Shown: positions 39,215 to 51,705, counted from the first letter of the stretch. The stretch is DNA of 64,000 nucleotides from Felis catus (GCF_018350175.1 NC_058368.1:234734001-234798000), one strand, 5' to 3'. The notes: a model not told the origin generated them from the letters alone. Numbers and translations are program-made.

Positions 39215-41157
39215 CTGTCCACGATATTTATATTTAAAAATGTTTACTGTACGTTGCCGGGGTCATCTCAGATTTGCTCCCATGTGTGCCGCCTGGGACG
39301 GGGACACCCCGACAGCTGGGGACCACAGTCATTGATGGTCTCTCCACATGGTCCCTCTAGCTTGGCCGCTGATTCCCCACCTTTGGAGGGCTCCAAAGCC
39401 CCTCTCGTGAGGAAGAGAGAGCAGACGAGAGAGAGGGAGCTGAGCACAGTCCATACCACTTTCTGGGACCTGAAGTCCTCTGTGGGTTCCTGCCACATGT
39501 TGTTTTCTGCTGCATCTGTGAAAACACGGGCAGGTACAGAGAGAAAGGAGACCGGACTCCAACTCTCAGTGAAGCAGGAGGTTCTGAAAGAGGTTGTATG
39601 ATGAGAAAAGTTGCTGTGGTCATTTTTGGAAAATATAATCGGCTTACCTTGAGGTCTTTTCTCTCTCTCTCTCCCCCCATCTCTTTTTGACAAAGGTCAT
39701 TTTTCTTTGAAAAGACATTGCCCTCTGCTATTTGTCATAACAGCATATGCCTTGGTCATCTGTCCCTCCCCCTGGATCCCCAGCCTCACGGGATTACGTG
39801 GGTCCCTCTAGTACTGGAGTGACTTGAGGCAGCTCCCTGGGTCAGTGTCAGCTTTTCTGTCTCTAAAGGCAAGATGAAAATGCTGGTCTCAGCATCTGGC
39901 AGGAAAGCCGGTGGCATCCTAGCAGAGAACAGAAGTACTCCATGTGAACATACAATCTGGATACAAGTTTCAACATACTTGGTAGAGGACTGTACTTTGG
40001 AACATTCTAGGTTGATCCACATGCTTTGAAGGGGCTGACTAAAAAATGTTTTGAAGGTGTTGACGCTCTGTGTGTCAATGGGATGAAAAATTAACAATCC
40101 TGGCAAGGAAAAGTTGGTCCTATGGCCTGTGTCCCTAAGTGCTTCCACAGGATGGACACCTGCTGTTGGTTGTCTGCTGTCACAGCTCATGCTGTGGACT
40201 CCGGGGGCCATTTGGAAATCAGCCACTTGGAACGACAGAGTTGGTACAACCATCTGACGGTTACTTCGCCCTGGTCTAGTTACCATACCTGGGGCTTGAG
40301 CCCTTCGTAGCCTATGCTCCCAGCCTGTGGTTCCAGAAACCTCTCAGTCTCTCTGTGTTGATCTGTCCAGGGCCAGAGTCCTGGGGCTTTGCTGGGGTGA
40401 GTGGGAGGGAGAGGTGGTTGGGAGGTGTCAGGGAACAGCTGCAGGACGGGGCTGCCCCCGGGGAGGGGGAGAGGGTACTAAAGGGAGAAGAAGTGCCGAA
40501 ATCCCCCCTGGGACAGGGAACAAGAGACGGCAATGCAGGCAGTCTTCTGTGACCAAGGAGGGGACAGGCAACTCTGTTGCTGGGTGGCCACTGATGGCTG
40601 GTGAGCGCCTGATGACCCCCTTCCAGGAAGCAGGGTCCATGGGATGTGCCGTGGTCATTTTCCACCTACCCCACAGGAGAAGCATAGATGGGTGGCCGGG
40701 ACCACCCAGCATCCCAGAGTTAAGGGACAGCCCCTGATTTGATGAGGAGAGTCAAGAGTGCGGTCGGACAGAGATTCCAGCCCTGGCCTTGAGCTGGCTG
40801 TACTGCCTAGTGGAGGGCCTTGGTGGGGGGGTGCCTCCCAGATGGAGTCCTAAAGGGCTGCCTGCAAAGACGGGCCATCTCCCCCCCGCCCCGCCACTAC
40901 TCCCCCGGGTGCACGAAGGACACACGCCTTCAGTTGCTGTCGAAGGGGCAGGTCCTTGCTGGCACCGTCCTAGAAGCCCAGGGTTTCCTTGTGCCTTGTA
41001 GGAAGCTTCCATGTCCAGTGTGGGGGTGGGGGGCTTGCTCAGCTCTCCAGGGGAGAGAGAACCTCTCCTTCTGGCTTGAGCTGTTCATTGCTAGCACTTT
41101 CTGCAGGACCTGTTCATTCTGCACAGGGAACTGCCCACCCCAGAGCAATTCCTGATT

Positions 41158-41391
41158 GTTTTTGTTTTGTTTTGTTTTGTTTTGTAAATTGTTTTTGATG
41201 TTTATTTATTTTTGAGAGAGACAGAGCATGAATGGGGGAGGAGCAGACAGAGGGAGACACAGAATCCGAAGCAGGCTCCAGGCTCCAAGCTGTCAGCACA
41301 GAGCCTGACGTGGGCCTTGAACTCACGAGCCATGAGATCATGACCTGAGCCGAAGTCGGGCACCCAACCGACTGAGCCACCCAGGTGCCCC
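41158..41391 (-). mobile_element. CanSINE (full length, (CAAAA)n-type tail)
   Basis: Reverse SINE ending 'ccacccaggtgcccc'. Confidence 0.95.
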
Positions 41392-41393
41392 TG

Positions 41394-41515
41394 TTTTTTT
41401 TTTTTTAAGTTTATTTGTTTAATTTTGAGAGAGACAGAGACAGCGTGAGTGGAGGAGGGACAGAGAGAGAGAGGGAGAGAGAGAATCCCAAGCAGGCTCC
41501 GCACTGTCAGTGCAG
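41394..41515 (-). mobile_element. CanSINE, 5'-truncated
   Basis: Only the 3' half is present ('gaatcccaagcaggctccgcactgtcagtgcagag'); no tRNA-derived head. Confidence 0.85.
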
Positions 41516-42149
41516 AGGGGCGGGGAGAGGGCCAAGACTGAGCAGGGGTGAGGCCTCCTCAGGGAGCAGCAGGTGCACCCCACCCACTCCCCCGTTTTCT
41601 GCTGTTGGCCCCGAACACACTCCTATACTCTGAAGCCAGACGGCTGCAAGTTTTCAGAGAGAAAAGAACACTGCAGACCCGGCGTTTCCTCTAGGCTCTA
41701 GAATGTACGTGTCCCTCACCATCTGGGACTCAGGCCCAGCAGGACGTGCTCTGCCACCTGAGCCCAGAGTAGGGCCCTGGAGGGGACAGTGGTGGCTGCA
41801 GCTGGCTGTGCTGAGGGAGCAGAGTCACCTGTGGATCAGCATCCAAGCTGGATTTGAACCCAGCTCTTCCAGTTTCTGGCTCGGTTGTCCCTGGCAGGTG
41901 GCAGAACCATCCCCTGGCTCCGTCTGCTTGTCTGTAAATCGGGGGCCATTAATAAGAACACGAGATAACTCTCTGAAGTAGGTAAGGGTCCGGCGGGCGC
42001 ACCTGCTTGTGTGAGTCGTTCCATCCGTGACGGTGACCCATTACCCCCTGCTGCCCTTACTCCTGCCATTTCTACTGCGACTCCTGCCTCTCCCAGTGCA
42101 TTCTGGGGACGTCCTGCCGCCCACACCCAGCAAATAAAAACAAAATGCT

Positions 42150-42305
42150 TTTCCACCTTAGAAGATCTCCTGTCAATCTTCTGAAAGTCCCAGAGCTGGG
42201 ATCCTCCCCCCACCAGTGAAATCCCAGTCTCTGGGTTTGGGACTCACACATCAGGGATTTTGAAGCTGATTCCAGGATGCACACAGGTTTGGGAACAGTT
42301 GTCTC
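42150..42305. mobile_element. MER5-like hAT-Charlie MITE remnant
   Basis: 'ccagtgaaatcccagtctctggg...tgattccaggatgcacacaggtttgggaacagttg'. Confidence 0.45.
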
Positions 42306-43258
42306 GGGCGGCTTGTTAGAGCAGAGCAGAGAGCCGGCCGCTGGTATGTCTGTACGTGTTTGCCAGGACTGTGTTTTCCCGGTGCCTGGACCCGGCTAAC
42401 CCCATTTCTCGATGTTCCACCCGGCGTAGGCTGGCACCGACGACCCGACGGCACCCTCCACCGTGCAAGAGCTGAAACTCAGGTCCTCATTGAACCGGAG
42501 CAGCATCCGTGGCCACGTTACACTCTCTTTACCCCAAAAGAGCGATTTTGTTCTCGTCCTTCTCCACGTCTTCCCCTGCAAGGAAGCCTCTGTTCCATCT
42601 GGATCCGAGGGTCACCTAATCTCCTCCGGTACTGACCTTCCCACGAGTGTCTGAAGCTCCTTTAGATAACCAGGGATTCAAAAGAGAACAAACTATTTCA
42701 AGATGGACTTACCAAGACCCGATGAGGGGCTGTCATTGCACATTCATTCTAAATGCCTTGCCCCCTGTGCCTCGGGAGGGAATTCATCGCCCGTGGCGGC
42801 ACGGCTGAGCCCTATTCCCGCGCGATCCGTTACCCTCCCGACCTGCCAGGGCGTCGTCTGTGTTGTTTTCTTCCAATGCCAGTGCCTCCTTCCATGCCAA
42901 GGCCGATCGTTTCCCTCCGGCTAGTTTGCCACATCTTCCTCCGCATGAGATCTTCTCTCCTTTGTATCTGCCCATTTGTGAAATTTAGACTTCTCTGTTT
43001 TGTTACCAAAAGAGAACTGGCCCTTGTCAGTGTCGTTTAGGTGAGTTTGGGGGTAGCAGTTGCAAATCGTCGGGTGCTGCCTGCCTTCCGTGTGGAGGCT
43101 CGCGGTCTGCTGGGGAGGGTGCTGCTGGCTCCCGGTGCCGCACTTAGACATGGTTCCCAGGCTCACCCTGCGTGAAACTGACACATTAATGTCATCGCCC
43201 AGCATTAATATCTGAAAACACTGCAGGATCAAATGTGTTCTCTGCCCCCATCCAAGTT

Positions 43259-43475
43259 TTTTTTTAATTTTTTAAATGTTAATTTAGTTTTGAGAGAGAG
43301 AGAGAGAGCATGAGCAGGGGAGGGGCAGAGAGAGAGGGAGACAGAGAATCCGAAGCAGGCTCCAGGCTCCGAGCCGTCAGCACAGAGCCCGATGCGGGGC
43401 TCGAACCCCCGGACCGTGAGATCATGACCTGAGCTGAAGTCAGACACTCAGCCGTCTGAGCCACCCAGGCATCCC
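43259..43475 (-). mobile_element. CanSINE
   Basis: Reverse SINE; TSD CCATCCAAGTT at 43248-43258 and 43478-43488. Confidence 0.95.
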
Positions 43476-45869
43476 GTCCATCCAAGTTGCTTTCTATCTT
43501 AAGATCGCATACACGCGTTATCACCTTGTGTTTGTGCAACAACGCGCCCATCATTTCTCCCAGAGACCTGTACCCATCTTGCTCATTATGGAGGCTCACG
43601 CCTCTGCACACGGGCATCTCGGGGGCCGCTGTTTTGTACTTGACCCTTTCAGGCTGCCACCACGTGAATGCGGAGCCAGCATGGCTGTGCCCCTCGCCTC
43701 CCCGGCAAAGGCGACCGTTCACGCTCTTGTCCGCGTTTGCTTCATTAGCCTCGCGTGTCCCTCTGCTTCAGAGCTGTGTCCACCGGGATCTGCACGTCCT
43801 GGGCTACAGCTTTGGACGCCGTGGGAATGACTACCTCGTCCTCCTGGGAGGCGTGGGGGGCTTTCCTTACAGACAGATGCCTGGTCACTCTTCCTCACTT
43901 CCCAGCTCTGCATCTTTCTGCCCAGAGACCTAGAGACCCTGGTTAATCGTGCTCCGGAAAAGCAGCTGTCATTATTATAAAATAGAAAAAAAAAAACAAA
44001 AAACAAAAAACAACTAAGAAAGGGATCCTTAACAGTTGAGGGTGGTGGAGTGGGACGGGAGACCCGAGGGGCACTTTCCTGATGTGTAACATTGTGTCGG
44101 GACACGTCACAAAAAGAAACCAAACACCCACACGACTTTGCCTTTGCGGGCGGGGGAAGGAGGAAGGAGGTTGGACGTCACCCATGACGGCCTGCATGTT
44201 GCGGTGACTCCCTCTGCTTCACTTCGGAGAACCCCAAATAGCTCTCTGTTACTCCCCAAACCTTCACATGGTCGAGTTCTAACCCAGACGGTCTGTCCTC
44301 TGGGAATCTGGGCTGCAGTCAGGAGCCAGCCTGGCTCTTGAGCTCCAGAGTCTCTCTGGGCGGGAGGACCTGCGGTCCCTCCGTGGGTCCCCCTTCCATG
44401 ATCCCTCGAGGCAGTACTGGCCCTGCCTCTGCCAGCATTCTCCGTTTCCCCACTGCACTGACGCGCTAGGTGACGGCTGTTAGGTCCCAGCCTTGTCTCT
44501 TCCCTGCCGGGCTCTCACTCACAGCCTCCCTGTGTTAGGAGAAATGGGATCCCTTTTTTATTGGCACTGGCTGATGTCACCGGTGACACAACAGTATTTT
44601 AAGAGCAAGCCACAGGAAGCCATTCGTTACTTTCCACGGCTCTGGTTGGAAGTTAGCAGGGTTACATTTTATCCTCTCTATGTAGGTGCGGTCATAAACA
44701 TTTGTTATGTAAACTCAAAGCACTGAAACATTTATGAATGTAACCATGCTAACAAATCCTCACAAATATCATTGTCTACTCACTATGCATTTAATAATTC
44801 TTTTCTCTATGGTAACGTTTTGGACCAGTCAGAAGAGGGAGAATTTGATGTTGGAAAAATGACACTACGAATAAGTCCCATCGATTTTTATTAGTTTGGT
44901 CTGGCACGGTTGACCACAGCCAAGATGTTTGAAAGGGCATCGGCCTGAAATGTGACAAAGGCGTAATTCAAAACTAGGACAGGTCTTGACGAATCGTGTG
45001 AGGAGAGGGGAGCAGAAGCACGGATGGCTCAAAACAATGAATAATAAAAATGCTTTTATGCTTCGAATTGAAATATTTATCTTGCGTTTGCAATCGGAGC
45101 GTGTTTCACACGCTGCTCTATTTACTGTGGCTTGTTGACTCCACCGCGACCACAGATGCTGAGGGGAGGGACGGCCCGAGGCCGTTGTGGGAATAATCTG
45201 GAGGGTGGACGATGCGTGTGTGGGACAGACGGCAGCACACAGTCGTGATGCTGGGACACGGCCATGCCCTCCAGGTAGATCCGGGTGTCGTCCAGAACCA
45301 CGCCCACTGCCCTCACACCCCCGGGACTTCTCTCTTGGTCAGTGGAACATTGGCATTCGCGATGTGGGCAAAGGCTTGGAAGATGCCGGTGCCACAGGGC
45401 TGGCTCCCCGGCCTTCTGTCATCGCCACGAGAGGAACGTGCTGGGTCAGGAGGAGGAGCAGAGACACGCATGGAATGGAGCCTGTGCTGTGCCCAGCTGG
45501 GACCCGCAGGAGTGTTGGTCAATAAATCCTTGTTGTTATAGGAGTTCAGACTTTTGTGTTGGCTGCACAGTATTATTACGGCCATAGATGCCTGATAATA
45601 CCTACTCTCATTGGCTTTTCTCTTAAAAACAGACTAGGACACCGACCCAAACACCTCGTTATCTTCCTTTCCTTCCCTCCTGCGTGCCCCCTCCTTTCTT
45701 CCAGTGCGTTAGGCACCCAAGATGGAGGGACGTATCATGAAAATGACCAACAGGAAACTTCTCCTGCCACGAGGAAATAATACCTAGTCTTGCCGGATGC
45801 TGGAATCCGGGGATGGAGGGGACTTCCGAAGCGAGGGAGGCAGTGCAGGTGAGTGTACAGGTCTCAACT

Positions 45870-46060
45870 GGGCGTCACTCTTCTCTACCTATCGTCAGTG
45901 TAGACTCGAGTCAACTACTTGGTATCTCGAAGCCCCAATTTTCTCTTCTGTAAAATACCCATAATTGTACTAATCTCACAGGCTTTTGCAAGAATTAAAT
46001 GAGCCAAGGTAGATGCATATGAAATATTCAGCACTGACCTTGGCCCGTGGAAAGTGCTGG
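45870..46060 (+). mobile_element. MIR remnant
   Basis: 'caattttctcttctgtaaaat...ctcacaggcttttgcaagaattaaatgag...cagcac'. Confidence 0.65.
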
Positions 46061-46898
46061 GCACGGCAGCTGGTAGTCATTACAGCAGGACCCGCCACCG
46101 CCGGAGAGGGTCCACCGGCTGAGCGTGTCCATTGTGTGGAAAGGAGGGAAACTGAGGCCTGGACTCGCTGAGGTTACCGAGCGGTGGGCTTTTTTGTCTG
46201 ACACTTCCTTGTCCTCCGTGAACTGTGAGACCTTGACTGGTTTCTTGTGTGATGGCAACTCTACGGAGTGTCCCCCTGGGCCCCCAGAATCACATCAGTG
46301 TGGGCAAATCCCACAATCACTTTTGAATCCTGCACACGTAATATTTCACAACAGGAGTCTGGAGGAGCACGCCTTTTCCAGCCCCGTTGCGTGGAGGGTA
46401 GATCGTCCCGGGGAATATCAGGATCCAGTCTGGCCTCTCAGGACGAAATGCAAATGAACTTGCACAGACCACCTGCTACCTTTCGGACATTAAAGTGCAA
46501 AAGAAGATGAGAACAGTCAGTGCACGAGCTCTGTCTCTCAAGGAAGGTTTCTGCTTCTCTGTGTGTTTTGAAGAAGCTACCTTGGTTTACGGTGACACTG
46601 GTAATAGTTATAAACGATGAACACTCTTGGTCTTGACTTAGGGAACATGGAAACAGCATTTAGGGTTTTACTCGATCTTTCTGTCGTTTCGCTGACCCTT
46701 CTTGGTTTATCGGTGTGAAGAGAGAACACGGTCCGCATTCAGTTCGTAAAGTTTCTCATCTTTGTTCACTACGCAACTAATCAACTCCATTTCACAGACA
46801 TCAATAGAATCTTCCAATATGTAAGGCGAAACTTTCTCCATAGCATGAAAAGGGGCCATGAGATGTTCCCTGACCCCAAGGGGACTGTCCTGAGTCCT

Positions 46899-47290
46899 AT
46901 GTTCCAGATTGAGTTTCCCAGCAAACGGCTCTGAAATGAAGATTTGTGTGCAGAAAGTTAATTGGGAAGTACTTTTGGGATCCACACCTGACAAAGAGGG
47001 AGGGCAGCAGGAATGGACGGAATGGGGAGCTGAGCTGTCTTGCGGTCCCAAGAAAGGCCTTAGCCAATCCAGTGGGGAGCTTTGGAACTAAGAAGTCCCT
47101 GTTGGTGTGAGGGAGCTGGGCCTGTGCGTGGCATATGACCTTGGGCGAGGCAGGTCTCTTCAACCAGGAGCCAATGCCAGAGTGGCTCTCAGCTGAGAGC
47201 TGCCAGCTGCCAGCACCACGGGGGTGAGGGTCGAGCTGTTCGCTGCAGCCCAGCCCATTACGGTGCATGCAGGAGTACTCTAGGGTCTGC
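46899..47290 (-). mobile_element. LTR16-like (ERVL) LTR remnant
   Basis: 'tgttccagattgagtttcccagcaaacggctctgaaatgaagatttgtgtgcagaaagttaattgggaag' resembles the reverse LTR16 terminus. Confidence 0.55.
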
Positions 47291-48269
47291 AAGAGAAACT
47301 CTAGGGGAACTCAAATCCAGAAAAGATCTTCCCAGGAAAGGTTGAGCTTCTGAGATGGGCCCAGCACCATGGAAACTGTTTGCACATCATATGCCCCGGG
47401 GGTGTGTGATCAGCTGGAGGTGTCAGAGCTTCAAAGGCAAGTGGGACAAGGTTGGGTAAAAGAAAGTGAGGTGCAGCCCAACTGTTCGGACAGTGGAGGC
47501 GAGGAGACGGTGGAAAAGTGAGTGATGGTCGTGGAGAGCCAGGCTGAGACCAGGTTGTGGAAGGGCGTACGCGGTAGGCTTACCTTTTGGACTTCTTTCT
47601 CCAAAGTCTGCATATTTCTCATCGACTCGGACTGAAGCGTCGTGAGCAGAGCTGAGCCGCAGCCCCTGGAGAGGAGAGCGGTAGAGGGACTAGTTAACTG
47701 GTGGTTCTAGAAGCCCAGCTAAGAAGTACACCTAGTGAAACAGGGTTAAAACAGACCTGGTCAGGCAGAAGCGTGCGCCGTGGCGGAGGGTCTCGAGGGC
47801 CGGACTGAGGGGTTCGGAGTTTATTTGACCCCAGAGGGACTCTGTAAAGGTTTTGGGATCTGGAGGGCCACAAAAGAGCGTGACCGAAAATGGTGTGGGG
47901 GAGAGAGTCAACACCTGTCAAAACAAGCTGGTCGGAAAGCTCTAGAAGCACTCCAGTATGGATCAACAAATGCTTCTCAAGACTCTGTGTCAGTTCCATG
48001 AGGGTATCGAAGGGTGGACCCCAGACCCTGGCCTTGACAGCAAATGCCATTTTATAAAGCGTTGTCACTGTGTCTCCTGAAGCCATGAAGAATTATAGAC
48101 AAAATACGTGTGCATTGCAGATAAATACGTCTCGTTTAAAACGAATCAGCAATGCAGTCCTGGCAGAATGACGGATTAGTGGCTTTTGTTTTGGAGACTG
48201 GTATTTTTTTTTTTTTTTCACGTGGAGTATGGAAGAGAATATGATGAACTCCAATGAGATGGAAACGTG

Positions 48270-48680
48270 CTTTCCGCTCATCTGAACACGGGGGCAGCCA
48301 ATATCAATTACCATCATTAATTAGAGTTAATCAATTAAATCATTAATTTCTTGAGTCATTGGCAATAAAAAGCATGACGATGTATATTTGCCAAAATGAT
48401 TTGCCATCTCCGTGAAAACAGTAATTCAGGAATTACACACAAAGAAGTTCGGTTAATTTTCATCGCTTTTACTTACCAAAGCAGTTAATTACAAAGATGA
48501 GTCAGGAACTGATACAAATCAAAGTATGAGCTGCAGTGAGGAAGCGTAGGACAAAGTCATTGCTAAAAGGCGAAGTATTGGTGGTAACAGTTAAGTAATT
48601 TATTTTGTGCAAAACAAGAGTTTTCATACTGCCCGGCATGCAAATACGAGAAAGAATAGCTCGTGATAATAATTGGAAAG
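48270..48680. promoter_or_regulatory. Candidate enhancer: AT-rich homeodomain/AP-1/octamer motif cluster
   Basis: Dense TAAT/ATTA at 48305-48348; TGAGTCA at 48352 and 48498; ATGCAAAT at 48638; not recognisable as a repeat. Confidence 0.45.
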
Positions 48681-48706
48681 CCCTTTTTAAATACTTGAAA
48701 AAAGCC

Positions 48707-48960
48707 GGGGCGCCTGGGTGGCTTAGTCAGTTAGGCGTCTGACTTCTGCTTAGGTCATGATTTCATGGCTCATGGGTTCAAGCCCCCAGTCGGGCTCTGT
48801 GCTGACAGCTCAGAGCCTGGAGCCGGCTTCAGATTCTGTGTCTCCCTCTCTCTCTGCCCCTCCCCTGCTCCTGCTCTCTCTCTCTCTCTCTCTCTCTTCC
48901 TCAATAAATAATAAAATAAAATAAAGTCAAGTAAAATAAAATAAAGCAAAACATTAAAGA
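48707..48960 (+). mobile_element. CanSINE
   Basis: Full copy; 18-bp duplication TTTAAATACTTGAAAAAA at 48686-48703 and 48963-48980. Confidence 0.95.
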
Positions 48961-49569
48961 AATTTAAATACTTGAAAAAAAGTAACAACAACAGAAGCAA
49001 AACTTTAAACCAAGAGAAAACCATTGGTGCTATTAAATTAAAGTTATCACTTAAATTGTTTCCAATTGCACACACTTTATACGGTAAGCCCGCCCACGTC
49101 AGGGAAGGGAGTTACTGAGTTACACAAGAAGGGAGACTTAGGATCTCAGGGCTTCTTCCTGCCCCAGGACCCTGGCTGTGAAGGGCTTGCACAGGATGCC
49201 GCAAGCCCAGCCCCGGGAAAGTGTGCTCAGCTCTGCACAAAGTATGGAAACTAACTGCAGGGCAGAACCATAAGCAGGCGGGGAGTGGAGGGGACGCTGC
49301 TTTAAGGAGGAAATGGCACTTGTGGGGTTAAGAAGTCCACCAACTTTCTGGTACCAGTGCATCACGATTGAAAGGAGAAGGACCCTTCCCTAGCTGAGGC
49401 AGAAAAATGAAAGCTTTAAAATAAAAAAGGAACACACATTTTTAACGTAAAAATTAAACACTGGGGCCAGTTCTAAGATGTCACAAACCAAATAAATAGA
49501 AATGATGGTTCTAAGTAAGCAACCCCTGTGTTCTAAATATCTATATTTACCTAACATGCCTTTCCATGC

Positions 49570-49700
49570 CCCTGTGAGACGGGGATGCCTATCCCCAGTC
49601 TACAGATGAGAAGACTGAGGCATGGGGAGGAGGGTTGTTGTCCAGCCCCAGAGCAGCAGCAGAGCTGTGATACCTTCCCAGTGGGGCTCCTGAACCCGGA
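49570..49700 (-). mobile_element. MIR remnant
   Basis: 'ccctgtgagacggg...tatccccagtctacagatgagaagactgaggc'. Confidence 0.65.
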
Positions 49701-49719
49701 GTTTAACCAGGACACTATT

Positions 49720-49860
49720 CAAAAAAATAAAAAGAGCTTTATAAATCACCGGAGAAAAGACAACGCAAAAGGCAAATGGGCAAAAAGTTGAATGGCAAAT
49801 CCGGAGAAGAGCAAGTCCGAACGGGCCATAAAGATGTGAAAGCTCAAATTCAGACATAAA
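49720..49860 (+). mobile_element. Old LINE-1 ORF2 3' fragment
   Basis: 'agaaaagacaac...aaatgggcaaaaagttgaatggcaaat' corresponds to the L1 K-W-A-K-D region. Confidence 0.5.
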
Positions 49861-50523
49861 ATGTCTCCCGTGAATCAGCTCCTGTCCCTCAGCCAAATGC
49901 CCCTTGGTGATCTGGGACAATGGCAGGTGGACACCCCCAAGACCCCCTGGCCGCAGCCCGTAGTTTTGGTGTCCTCAGAAGGACGCCCTGTTGACCCTGT
50001 GGCCGCAGACCCTGTGCCCTGCCCCCCGTGGCTGTGGCGGGCTGTCTGGTCTCTCTGGGCGCAGGAGGGGACCTGAAGCTCCAGGCCACTGACCAGAAAG
50101 GATGGAGGCTCCCTCAGCAGAAAAGGCACCACGTTGGAAGAAGCGCTGTTTCTCTGGGACGCTGAGGGCTGAGATGCACTTGAACTGGGTCAGGCTGGTA
50201 CCCTAGAACGTGTGGGAAGATACGATATGCTTACGATTACTTCAAGCACCAGAACATTCATATTTTAAAGCTGCGGGTTTACTTTTTAATAACAGAAGCT
50301 CCGGCTAGAAAATCGTGGAAATGCTGTAACTCCTAAAAAACGAAGTTTTGCTAAAAGTCATCCTGTCTTTTTCTTAGGCATTCCAAACATCAGATTCCTC
50401 CTCTTCTCAGAGGGCGGCTGTGTGTCTGAAATTTGAGACGTCTAGGCGTCCCAGCTCTGCAGATCCCGGGTGGACACAATCCAGAGAGGGGCGACACGAG
50501 GAAGACAGCCCCACCTGTCGGCA

Positions 50524-50949
50524 TGATATGCCCCGATTCGAGAGACCCCCCGAAAACAAACCACCAGAGTCCAGAGCCAAAGCCAAGCGGCAAGGGTCGT
50601 TTATTGCAGGTTCGAACCCGGTCCTCTGCTCACTCGTTGCCGGTGACGCTAAGAGGCCCCGAGCAAGGATCTTACAGCTTCTTTTATAGACAGGCACAAA
50701 CAAGTTAGGGATTTTTTGAGGTTACAGAACTGTTGTTGGTTAACATTTAAATTTGAACGCTCAGCAGAACTTGATTGGTTCCCGCCTTTATTTCAAACCA
50801 TTCAGCAGAAGTTGATTGGTTCCCGCCTTTATGTCAGACTACAACCGGGCACGCCCTGGCTGGTTTTGGGAATGGGGGGGGGGGGGGGGGGGGAAGGTCT
50901 TTTCTTTGCAGTTGTGAGTACACCTGGTAATTTTTCTCTTAGTCTCTCA
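50524..50949 (-). mobile_element. Endogenous retrovirus solo LTR (gammaretrovirus/ERV1-like), 426 bp
   Basis: TG...CA termini (minus strand TGAGAGAC...CATATCA); exact 4-bp TSD GGCA at 50520-50523 and 50950-50953; minus-strand CCAAT x2, TATAAAA (50682-50688) and AATAAA (50600-50605) in U3-R-U5 order; no PBS or PPT adjacent. Confidence 0.9.
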
Positions 50950-51350
50950 GGCACAGCTCTCAGTGCGGCCGTGGGACGATGCCCATTGGTGGGGACAGGC
51001 GCCCGTCTTCTTGTACCCCTGCAGCCTGTACGAACAAGTCCACACACAGTCTTTCGAGGTCAGGCATAGATTTTCGGTCTAAATACTCATTTTGTGTGCA
51101 GGAAGAAATGATGCCTAATTAAGAAGGCACCTCCCTCCCACTGCGTGGCTTCCAGAATAACAAAGTCACCCTAGCACCCCCATTTTCTGCTTCCTTTATC
51201 ACCCAGCAAGGCCTGGCAGACTTCTCTAGTGAGCCCGCGTTCCGTGCCCGGAGAGCCATAAGGGATAAACCCAAGGCAGGAGGTACTGAATACGGCCTGT
51301 TACCCGTTTGTATATGTGGGCTGGTTTCTTTAATAACAACAAAAAAAGCA

Positions 51351-51562
51351 GGGGCGTCTGGGTGGCTTGCTCGGTGAAGCGTCTGACTTCGGCTCAGGTC
51401 ATGATCTCACGGTTCGTGGGTTCAAGCCCCGTATCGGGCTCTGTGCTGACCGCTCGGAGCCTGGAGCCTGCTTCCGATTCTGTGTCTCCCTGTCTCTCTG
51501 CGCCTCCCCTGCTTATGCTCTTTCTCTCTCAAAAATGAATAAACATTCAAGAAAAAAAAAAA
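51351..51562 (+). mobile_element. CanSINE
   Basis: 'ggggcgtctgggtggcttgctcgg...aaaaatgaataaacatt'; flanking A-run+GC duplication. Confidence 0.95.
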
Positions 51563-51667
51563 GCGCAGAGTTTTACAACTAGATTTTCTTTTCACCTGGC
51601 AAAAAGAATTCAGCCTGTTACTTAATGTACAAAAGACTGGCTGCAGGTGCTGGTGCACACGCATAAT

Positions 51668-51670
<3 letters not shown>

Positions 51671-51705
<35 letters not shown>
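51671..51705. repeat. (CA)n microsatellite
   Basis: Perfect CA run. Confidence 0.95.

Noticed and set aside
47360..47380. REST/NRSE-like CAGCACCATGGAAAC
   Set aside because: Mismatches in the GGACAG half-site; a chance match is likely
50400..50523. Possible proviral internal sequence (PBS/gag) next to the LTR
   Set aside because: The TSD directly flanks both LTR ends and no TGG-starting PBS follows
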